Origin: Sarea resinae
Lineage: Eukaryota
Assembly (NCBI GenBank): GCA_026026165.1
Contig: JAPEUD010000069.1
Location: forward strand, 106,170 to 126,169
Reading direction: 5' to 3'
Length of the DNA: 20,000 nucleotides
Below, one piece after another: positions 11,124-20,000 of this stretch. The notes under the pieces are model-generated. The model saw only the letters and a list, made by a program, of their open reading frames with translations. It did no database searches and had not been told where the DNA came from. The position numbers and the translations under genes were made by a program. Each line of letters opens with the position of its first letter. Position 1 is the first letter of the stretch.

Positions 11124-13576
11124 ATGGCCGCCAGGGACCGCTTCGGCGCCCTCGGCGAGCCAGCACCCTCAGTCTTGCAACGATATATCCGTACGAAGCC
11201 CACGAAGCCTTCTTGCTTGTACACTTTGCCTTTGGGAATGAGCCGTGAGGTACTGACATGTTTGGTAGAAAATGCTTGTGACCCTCAGAACTTCGAGCCA
11301 AACCTGGCCTTGGACTTGGAGATCGCAGACCTGATCAATTCCAAAAAGGGCAATGCGTAAGTGGAACTCGGTGGCATATCAACATGTTGCGGTTCACTTC
11401 CTCTGACCAGCTGAAGTCCCCGAGAAGCGGCCGTTGCGATCGTCAATTACATCAACCACCGTAATCCGAATGTGTCATTGTTGGCATTAACAGTATGTTC
11501 CGGGATCTCACTAGGCTTAGATAAGGAGCGCAAGTTGACGAGGAATAGCTGCTCGATATATGCGTCAAAAACTGTGGTTATCCATTTCACCTTCAAATCA
11601 GCACCAAAGAGTTCTTGAACGAGCTTGTGCGCCGTTTCCCGGAGCGACCGCCAGCAAGGTCGACTAGGGTGCAGCAGAAGATCTTAGAAGCAATAGAAGA
11701 ATGGAGGCAAACGATATGTCAGACCTCAAGATACAAGGAAGATCTGGGCTTCATCAGAGATATGCACCGACTGCTGAGCTACAAGGGCTACGTGTTCCCG
11801 GAAGTCAGGAGGGAAGATGCTGCGGTGCTCAATCCTAGCGATGTGCGTTCCGGAATTTTTCACATTTGGCTAAAGGCTTGAATCTAATCTCGTGTAGAAT
11901 CTCAAGTCAGCCGAAGAGATGGAGGAAGAGGAGAGGGCGGCCCAATCCGCCAAGCTTCAGGAGCTCATCCGAAGAGGAGGTCCGCAAGACCTTCAAGAAG
12001 CAAACCGATTGATGAAAGTGATGGCGGGATACGATACGAGGCATAAGACCGACTACCGAGCAAAAGCAGCAGAAGAAGTGGGCAAAATCCAGCAGAAGGC
12101 GAAGATACTAGAAGAAATGCTCCAGAGCTACAAGCAGGGTGACAAGATGACGGAGGGTGACGTCTTCGAGGTCCGACTTTTTGTGCCTTGTCACTGTTAC
12201 ATTCCAGCTGACACCCTTTTAGGAACTGTCAAATGCTCTTTCAAGCGCGCAACCTAAGATCCAGAAAATGTGTGAAGAGGAATCGGACGACTCGGAGGCG
12301 GTAGCGAAGCTTCTAGAGATCAACGACAGCATACATCGGACGGTCGAGAGATACAAGTTGATCAAGAAGGGAGATGTAGATGCGGCGACGAAGATACCAA
12401 AGGGAACCCTAGGTACCACGACAGGCGTTAGCAAAACTGCCGACAATGAGCTTTCATTGATCGACCTTGGAGGAGACCCCGAGCCAAGTGCTAATGGAGC
12501 CAACCCTAGCTCTAGTGCGGGCAATGGGCAAAAGGCAGAATCGCTTGAGGATGATCTTCTTGGACTTTCTTTCCAGGATGGCAACTATGGTCAGGGCGGC
12601 GGTATCGCACTCGGAATTGGCTCACCAACAGGTTAGTACGCCTTTCATGCTGTCTAGGCCTGATGCTGATATAGGATTGTTCTCTAGGACCTTCAAGTCC
12701 CCCGCCCACAAATCCCCAATTCCCAAGCATGTCTCCTCCACCACAATCATGGGGTCAACCTCAGCCTGCCAAGCCAAATTATGATGCCTTCGCATCGCTG
12801 ACGGGCTCGCGGCCAGCTTCGCAAAGCGTGACACCTGTACCAGCGCTATTCCAATCCCAGCAGCAGCCACCGCCACCACCACAAACAAAGCCAGCTGCCT
12901 CTCCACCTCCAGCCTCGGATCCATTTGCGGCATTGTCATCGTCCGTGCAGCGACAGGTCTCACCTTTTCACTTCCAGGATCCGCCAGCGCCTCACACACC
13001 GAGCCTGTTCGGCCAAGCTCATCCATCGTCGAGTCTTGCTCAGCCGCCAACTGTGCCCAATGCTGCTCCACCCGCTGATGACGAATGGACTTTCTCTTCA
13101 TCGTTGCCAGAGCAAGGCGGCCTTCCTGCCTCCAGCACGATAAATGCTACACCTCCGGGCTCGGACTTCCATATCAGCCTCTCCATCTCAAGGCAAGATG
13201 CAGTCATTGCTATTCTTGCTACCTTGACTAATGCTACCGACCATCCAATCACGGATTTAACTTTTCAGGTCGCTGTTATGAAAGTAAGCCTCTGTTCCAT
13301 TTCTCTTTCAGGAATCTTCAATCTCTCGCCTCCGCCTACCTTACTCTTTACTATCAAACTAACACAAATATCCAGGGCTTCTCACTAAAACTCGAACCTC
13401 AGTCTGGCCGCGACCTCGCCCCACGTCAAGCCAACACCATCACGCAGGTGATGCATCTCCATGGCGTCGAGAGGGGTAAAGGTGACTCTGTCAGGATACG
13501 CTGGAAGGCGTCGTACAAGATTGGAATGGCTGCGAAAGATGTCATGGGGGATATACCTTCTTTGGGCGTTGTTTGA
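11124..13576 (+). CDS. GGA2: GGA-family clathrin adaptor (VHS, GAT and GAE domains), ~667 aa from ATG 11124, or 674 aa from GTG 11103
   Basis: Exons 11124..11190, 11269..11356, 11417..11492, 11549..11842, 11898..12170, 12223..12631, 12688..13283, 13376..13576 (2004 nt). VHS: LLDICVKNCGYPFHLQISTKEFLNELVRRFPERPP. GAT: SAKLQELIRRGGPQDLQEANRLMKVMAG. Hinge with SLIDL and EDDLLGL clathrin-box-like motifs. GAE: FQVAVMKGFSLKLEPQSG..IRWKASY. Confidence 0.95.
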
Positions 13577-14239
13577 TCTGTCTTCGGATTGTTCTTGTCC
13601 CGTTCCCTTTCGTGAGACCTTTCGATCTGAGCTGAAGGTGTTGTTCATTTGTGTAAGCATGTAGAAGTGGATGTGCATTTGAAGAAGACACACAAATCTT
13701 TCATTCCAGAGAAGGATTCTATATTGTTGAGACGTGACACTATGAAGTATATGCCATCTGACTTTTTTGAGGTTCTCTACATACAAGGTGTGAACTGGAA
13801 AAGAAATGGATAGGAGCATTGAAAAGGTACCGGTTTGAGGGATAGATAAGGTATGTGGCCCGGAGCTCGGTCCATGGATGCCTTTGTGGCGCGTGTGGCT
13901 CAATAGGTAGGTCAAGCCTCTCGCGTGGGAGTAGGAGCAATTCTAGGTACGCAGTACTTCAGTAGGCGCCAGAAGCGCAGTATCACACTTACCCAAGGTA
14001 CCTTCCAGGTTGGCATCAATAGGTAGGTATGTCATCGAACTTCATCAATAGAGTCTCGGCATCCCGCCACATCGCCACATGTCCACATCTTGACAGTCCA
14101 AGCTTGTTGCTCCAGCCATAATAGGGTCGTCAGAAGGACTGCAATAGAGCCGAAAGACGCTCTCACCGGCACAACAGCATCGGCTCGCCCCACAGGCGCT
14201 CTCCCGTCGAGCGAGCGAGCTTCACTCGATCCGTCAACA

Positions 14240-15509
14240 ATGAACCCTCACATATCTCTTCCCCGACAACATGGCGGACCTTCACCCTACGGAGGAATAT
14301 CGACAAACAATCGAGGCGAGGGTGTGCGAATGCCTCGATTTTTCAAGCGGTAAGCCTCCCCCAGAAGCGTCTTTCCATCCTGCAGTCGACTAGCGGGGAG
14401 GGATCCTGGCCAACGCTGTTGCCATGGTCGATTTCTCCCTCTTCACTCGCCCAAGGGGTCCGCTCCGGATGATGGCTCATACGTGTGTGTTATCACGTCC
14501 ACAGGCTCTTCAAGTTTCCGCAAATGGACTTCGAGATGGCAGTCTGGGAGATGACGAGCCTCATAATAGCGCCCAAGAAAGTCTTTAGATCAATATACTA
14601 CCACGTACGCTCCTCATTGCAAGCCTCTTTTGCCAGTGACCTTTGCTAATATATGCCAGAAACGTATGAGCTCCGATTTTACGTGCTATCCCAGAAGACT
14701 GACAAATTCCCTCAGAGACCAAAAACACATGGCACAGACCCGATCCATCCTTCACCTACCTCCTATCATTTTTCCTCCTTCTCTCGGCCATAGCTTGGGG
14801 TCTAGCATGGACATCTTCCTTCGGCTCCATCGTCCGCCTCTCCTTCATCTTCATTTTCGTCCACTTCATCGCTCTCGCCCTCACCATATCAACCGCAGCG
14901 TACTTCTTCGTTGGTCGTCTGCTCGGCCCAGAGGGGGCCAGTCTTCCACGGGGCAGGAGAAGACAGGGGCTTTTCAGCCATTTGGGAGAGCTGGATCAGT
15001 TGGAGTATGGATACTGTTTTGATGTGAGTCGTGCTCTCTATAGAGGCCTACTCCCATCGCCTCCAACCAGGTCGGGGTCGGGATGAGGGACCATAGCTGA
15101 CACGGCTCCAATTTACAGGTCGCGATACGCGCTTTCTTCCCTGTTTGGGTCTTCCTATACGTTGTTCAATTCATCATGATGCCCCTGATAGCACGAGACT
15201 ACTGGTATGAACGCCGTCCCCCCGGTCCCCCGCCCCGACACTCCCATCAGCAACCCATCCAAGCATGACTAACATCTTTGGCCTCGATATAAAAGGATCT
15301 CGCTTTTCCTCGGAAACACCCTCTACCTGATAGCATTCAGCTACTACGCCGTCATCACCTTCCTGGGCTACAATGCGCTGCCCTTCCTCCACCACACGGA
15401 GCTGCTCCTCTCGCCTATCCTCGTCTTCGCCGTCCTCTGGTTCGTCACGCTTTTCGGCTTCAATCTGCCCACCCATGTGGCGCCCGTCATGTTGTTTGGC
15501 GCGCGCTAA
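14240..15509 (+). CDS. GMH1: UNC-50 family Golgi membrane protein (Gmh1-like), ~273 aa
   Basis: Exons 14240..14349, 14505..14604, 14660..14663, 14716..15023, 15119..15204, 15296..15509 (822 nt). Motifs RLFKFPQMDFEMAVWEM, PKKVFRSIYYHKQTKNTWHRPDPSF, LEYGYCFDVAIRAFFP, GNTLY and TFLGYNALPFL, with several hydrophobic helices. Largely missed by the ORF track. Confidence 0.93.
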
Positions 15510-15830
15510 CGACACCCCCGCCCGCCGCCATATGTGCATGGTCTTTTTCGTCTTGTCATTTTTCTCGTTTTCCTCTTTTTTTTTCTGTACAGTAATACTC
15601 CCTCTTTTTCTTGTTCTTCTTCTTTTTCTTCGTGTCGAAGGTTATGGGGCATCGTCGTCCGTCGTCGTCGTTGTTTGTAGATAAATGTCCATCATTCCCG
15701 GACGGTGGGCAGCATGACTTGCATCTCGCATTGTTCTGTTTACTGGGCTCCGACGGATTTCGGCGTGGCTTTGAAAAGATAAGAACGGCGTTTGAAGCGG
15801 TTTCCTTTTTGTTTCTTTTTTTACATCGGT

Positions 15831-15868
<38 letters not shown>

Positions 15869-15922
15869 TGCTGGCTTCCAACAATCAATCAATCAATCAA
15901 TCAATCAATTGATCGATCGATC
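15831..15922. repeat. Compound microsatellite (CTGC)n + (CAAT)n + (GATC)3 between the convergent UNC-50 and PDAP1 genes
   Basis: (CTGC) about 9 units at 15831..15868, (CAAT)7 at 15882..15909, (GATC)3 at 15911..15922. Confidence 0.95.
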
Positions 15923-16109
15923 ATAGGTCACACTGATCCCGCGTCAAGAGGAAAGGCAGGGGAAAAAGGATCATTGATTTATTTCAATTCGTAGCGCGAC
16001 ATGTAAAGTAAATAAAAAATGTCGCCCGCCAGCCCCCTCCCCTCATGACAGGATAAGTGAGCCAACCACACCACCAGCCTCTCTCGAGAAGTCTCCTTCT
16101 TCTTCTTTC

Positions 16110-17125
16110 TTACTTGGCGGCGGCAGCCTTCTTGCCCTTCTTGGCAGGGCCCATGGCGGCCTCCTTGCGCTTCCGCTCCCGCTCGTCGAGCTCGGCGGCC
16201 TTTTGCTTGGCGACCTCGTCCTTGGCCTGCCTCTCGGCGTCCTTCTGCTGCTTCTCGGCCTCGCGCTTCTCGCGCACGATGCGCAGGCGCTCCATGTCGG
16301 CGCGCGCCTCGTCCGTCAGCCCCTTAGCGTGCAGCGCCTGGTAGCGTTTGCGCGCCTCTTCGGCCTGCAGGGCTTCGCGCTCGCGGCGCGAGAGCTGCGA
16401 GCGCGGCGTGTCCTTGCTGGGCTTGGAGGCTGCAGCGGCGGCGGCGGCGGCGGGGTCGACGGCGGCAGCAGCGGCTTGGGAGCGTGCGGAGGCGGTGTGG
16501 TTCGGGTTCGCGGGGGCGGGGGCGTCGGAGTCCTCGTCTTCGTCGTCATCCTCGTCCGAGGACGACGGCGGCAGGTCGCCGGGTCGGGTGGGCTGGCCTG
16601 TTTTCCGGGCTATGGCGGCGGCTTTTTTGGCTTTGGCGGCCGCGCGGCGCTCGTCGCGGGTTAGTTCTGCGCCTTCTTGCTGTTGTTGCTGTCCTCCTTC
16701 CTCGTCGGACGATTCTTCTGAGGATGAGGAGTCTTCTTCCGAGGAGTCCGAGTCCGATGTCGCTTTTGTGTCGCGTGGGTCCTGTGGAAGAGGGGCGTAG
16801 GGCATTAGTTGAATTGGGTCTCGTGGGTTTTGGTGTTGGCAACGTGGAAGAAAGAGGGGATGTGAAGACGGGGCGGGAGAGGAGAGATGAATTGCTTACA
16901 CCCCACATGCCCTCTGGATTGCCATCTGCGTCGACGGGTCCGAGATTCCGGCTGAATTTCTTGCCGCCTGTGCAAAGGGAAAGGCGAGTTAGTCTCGTGT
17001 CTCTGGTCTTTCTGTCTTTTGGGAGGGAGTGCCCGGCTTGCTGGTGTTGGGAGTATTAGGGGAGACGCACCTCCTCTGGTGGGCTTGCTGAATTTGCCGC
17101 CGCGGCCACGACCACCGGGTGCCAT
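16110..17125 (-). CDS. PDAP1/HASPP28 (casein kinase substrate phosphoprotein PP28) family protein, ~264 aa
   Basis: Exons 17125..17071, 16967..16900, 16781..16110 (795 nt; donors GTGCGT and GTAAGC, CAG acceptors). N-terminal GRGGKFSKPTRGGGKKFSR, Ser/acidic tracts, and PP28 core PANPNH..QLSRREREALQAEEARKRYQALHAKGLTDEARADMERLRIVREKRE. Confidence 0.9.
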
Positions 17126-18037
17126 GATTGTGTGTGTGGAGTGGTGAGAGTAAATGTGAGGGTGAGGGTGAGGGGCAGTGAGTCAGGTCGAACTGACGAT
17201 ACTGGGGTTTTCGTGTGAAGTGGGGAGAGGGCGAGAGACTCGATATGGGTAGGAGTGGGATGAAGGAGGATGGTGGGGTAGAAAGGCGAGAAGAATGGCC
17301 GTTGAATGAGGACCAACAGTGAAGGGTTTTGCTCTCTTTCTCCTCTCTAGGCAGCGGTCGCAAATCAGAAAGAAATCAAGAGATGGGAAATTCGAATGTG
17401 CGTCGATCGATTGATGTCGTGCGTTCGAATGTTGCGTGAATGCATTCCCTTGTTGTTTCTGCGCTGGCGGGACCCCACCACTACTTGGGAACATGGACGA
17501 GGGACGAAGTACTCCACTCTCGCCCCTCGCTGCAGAGTACCTCCAATCATGTATGTACCCCGGTACCCTCGGGAGTTTTTCTCTTCTATTTCTTCGCGCC
17601 TTTTCGCTTCTTCTCTTCTCTTCTTCCTTTCTTCACATTCAATAAAACTACACCCCTTCAATATCCACTCTGGCCTTTTCCTGATAATCCCGTGGATGGT
17701 CTTGGAGGGGAAATTGAAGGGAAGACGGACTACACGATCGTTGTTACTTACCCCTCGGCCTTCTTCTGCCCTTTTTCAAGGTGTGGAGGTGGAGGAAAAA
17801 AGCTCAGCGGGACATCTTTCTCTACTGCTTCACTCTTGGTGTTCTTCAGGTCCATGAGCCTCGATCACCTCGTCATGGTTCCCCTTCGCCTTGGTTGTCA
17901 TGGATACTACGGAGTCTACAATGGGATCAAGATTTTTAGCTATTCAATACATGTCTCCCTGATTGACGCTCACTCTCGAGCATGAAGCGCGATGTTCTGC
18001 CTTTTCCCCTCCATGTCTCGTGATGCACTCTCACTAC

Positions 18038-18995
18038 CTACTGCGCAGCATGCTTCTGCACCGCCTCCAGCACTTCTCCCAGGCCTCGCACCACTACCGT
18101 TGGTCTCCCCTCGCCTCCCTCCACCAGCCCGTCCGTCCATCCGTTGCCGGCTCGGTCAACCCACGCCGCTTGCATCCCCACGGCCCTCGCCCCAACCACG
18201 TCGAAAGGGTTCCCACTCACGAGCCATATATCCCCCATCTGGCGTCTCTTGCCGACCTTCTTGGCCAGCATCTCATACACCTCTGGAGCAGGCTTGTACC
18301 TGCTGACCTCCTCGACCACGACGATCTGTTGGAATGCCTTGGAGTGCGGCGCTAGGTCGGGAGAGCTGTTGACGCTGTTCGAGACCATGGACTGCGTGCC
18401 GTTGGAGAATACCACGGCCGTGATCCCCGGTGTCGAGGACAGCGTCTCGAGTGCAGGTGGGACATCCGGGAATGTGGAAAGCGAATCGTATGCCTTCATC
18501 AGTGACTCGATTGCCGCTTGCTCCAGCGAGACGGACGAATCGGCCAGCGCGTGTTTGAGCGACCGTATCGTGACGTGCGAGAAAGGTTCGTACTGATCTG
18601 CATCGCGTTTGCCACGCCATCAGCAAGTGTATCGTGCATACTTCAGTCGCTAATACTCCTTTTTCGTTATTCGCTTCAAATCCAAAGTCGCACGGTAGAG
18701 TAAGGTAGGTAATACTAGTAGGTAGGTAGGTAGGTAGGTGCCTGTGTGCGTGCTCATGGAGTCATATAGTACCTACTCAGGGCACTACTCTAGCATTGAA
18801 CTTACTCATGCTATTCAACCTCCACGTATACTCCAACTGATACCTCCTCCAAAGCGCCGCGATGGCCCTGGCCTTCTCATCCCCAAAATGCTCGGCGAGT
18901 TGCTTGGCGATCGACTCGGTCGACAGCAATGTGCCGTACAGGTCAAAGGCCAGGACCACGTCTCTTTGCTGCTGCTGCTGTTGAGATGCCGCCAT
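18038..18995 (-). CDS. Haloacid dehalogenase type II-like HAD hydrolase, ~249 aa
   Basis: Exons 18995..18806 and 18597..18038; intron 18805..18598 (GTAAGT..CTGAT..CAG). HAD motifs AFDLYGTL, WRRYQLEYTW, FSNG, YKPAP and VSGNPFDVVGA. Start uncertain: in-frame ATGs at 18995, 19010, 19082 and 19187. Confidence 0.92.
18718..18739. repeat. (TAGG)n microsatellite inside the HAD intron; a similar tract lies at about 19213..19232
   Basis: gtaggtaggtaggtaggtaggt read directly. Confidence 0.9.
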
Positions 18996-19664
18996 GTCAG
19001 ATGCTTTCATGGATGAAGGGAATCGCGTCCCGATGCGCAGGTTGCCTTGGCTCTGGATGCTGTGTTCGTATTGAATTGGCATTGGCGGGGTTTTGTTTGT
19101 TGTTTCTGGTGGACTCAGGTGCGCTGGGTTGCGCGATCTATCTGATGTGATGATACTGTATCGTGGGGGAGGGGGGGCTGTTGTCATGAGGTGGGCAGGG
19201 TGATTGGCATAAGGTAAGGTAGGTAGGTAGGTTCCTGTCTGCCCGCCCGTTGATAGGAAGGAAGATGAGGTGAGGACGGATGTTCCATGACGCAAGCGGG
19301 GATCAGTCAATTCAAGACGTCAACGCCAGATTCGGCAATCGAATTAGATCCATCTACTGCACAATAACCCAATGTAAGGAGCAGGCATAGGTAGATGTCG
19401 AACAGCTTTTCACGCAGTCTTTCTCAAAGGTTGGGAATCCGTGGTGCCTTGTGTCGATATGAGGTTGTGAGAAGAGAGAGAGAGAGAGTGGCTTGACATC
19501 AGATTGTTGTTTCCCTGTCGAGTCTCGGTGAGGAGCGCCGGGGGAGGTGCAATACTACTACTATGGATGGTAAGGTATTCGTACCTATCCGTGGATGTAC
19601 TCCGGAGTAAGCAGTAGCTGGAGCTAAGACAGCTCGCGATATGTATGGACGACTGTACGAGCTT

Positions 19665-19947
19665 TGCCCCAAAATAGCACGGCCGGCGAACAACAGTGAG
19701 TGTAACTCTATGAAGTACTTCATACTGCTGGTCCATGGGATCCTTGATGACAAGGCGTCCGCAGACTCTCGAAGATGATACGACTATACGAGCTATTCCC
19801 CACCCTTCAAGGGCATGCATGTGCCCAAATGGCACTGCCATCCAACAACAGTGTATCATAGTGCTGCCGATCTACGGAATCCTTCACAAGGCATCCGCAT
19901 TCTCTCGAAGATGATTCGCTGCTTCTCGAATCTATCGAGCAATTTCG
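19665..19947. repeat. Degenerate tandem duplication, two copies of ~130 nt (about 19665..19800 and 19822..19947)
   Basis: Collinear shared blocks: tgcccc-aaaatagcacggcc / tgccc-aaatggcactgcc; aacaacagtg in both; tcatactgctg / tcatagtgctg; atcctt; acaaggcgtccgcagactctcgaagatgat / acaaggcatccgcattctctcgaagatgat; ctatacgagc / ctatcgagc. Confidence 0.8.
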
Positions 19948-20000
19948 CTCATATTGACTACGCGTACTGCATCCATCCATCTCCTGAGAAACCCGGGCTC

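Noticed and set aside
10010..12222. Possible stwintrons (nested introns) at the unusual GTCCG donors
   Set aside because: Both introns are short (58 and 52 nt) and excise cleanly as single introns that restore conserved protein sequence; no internal intron is needed.
13959..14048. Minus-strand TTGATGA..CTGA spaced about 90 nt, a possible C/D snoRNA
   Set aside because: No terminal stem, no rRNA-complementary guide I could identify, and it lies in the UNC-50 promoter. A snoscan or Infernal hit would be needed.
16057..17059. Multiple + strand ORFs opposite PDAP1
   Set aside because: Antisense shadows of a GC-rich, low-complexity CDS.
17396..17985. + strand ORFs of 153 and 181 aa between PDAP1 and HAD
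   Set aside because: Phe/Ser/Leu-rich translations of pyrimidine-rich promoter/terminator DNA.
1..20000. tRNA, rRNA, telomerase RNA template, transposase/RT remnants, CRISPR, or readthrough-derived PTS1 signals
   Set aside because: By eye I found no cloverleaf, no CTAACCCTA-type template, no TE protein motifs or terminal repeats, no repeat-spacer array, and no SKL-like extension after the stop codons examined.

Overview
Gene-dense eukaryotic DNA from a filamentous ascomycete (Pezizomycotina-type GT..CTRAC..YAG introns). Splicing by hand gives eight protein-coding genes: the 3' part of a RINT-1/Tip20 gene (+), an unrecognised Ser/Lys/Gly-rich gene (+), mitochondrial translation initiation factor 2 (-), TSR3 (-), a GGA adaptor (VHS-GAT-GAE, +), an UNC-50/Gmh1 membrane protein (+), a PDAP1/PP28-family protein (-) and a type II haloacid dehalogenase-like HAD hydrolase (-). 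I could support no tRNA, rRNA, transposon or CRISPR. This is mostly housekeeping sequence and I found no clear new multi-gene system. The best leads are small-scale: a 4-nt microexon in UNC-50, a candidate GUG start in strong context for GGA, the orphan gene with ambiguous splicing at both ends and a faint histone-fold-like pattern, a steep within-gene GC3 gradient toward microsatellite-rich convergent intergenic regions, GTAC clusters in promoters, and a degenerate tandem duplication at the window end. All family assignments come from recognising motifs by eye; no database searches were run.
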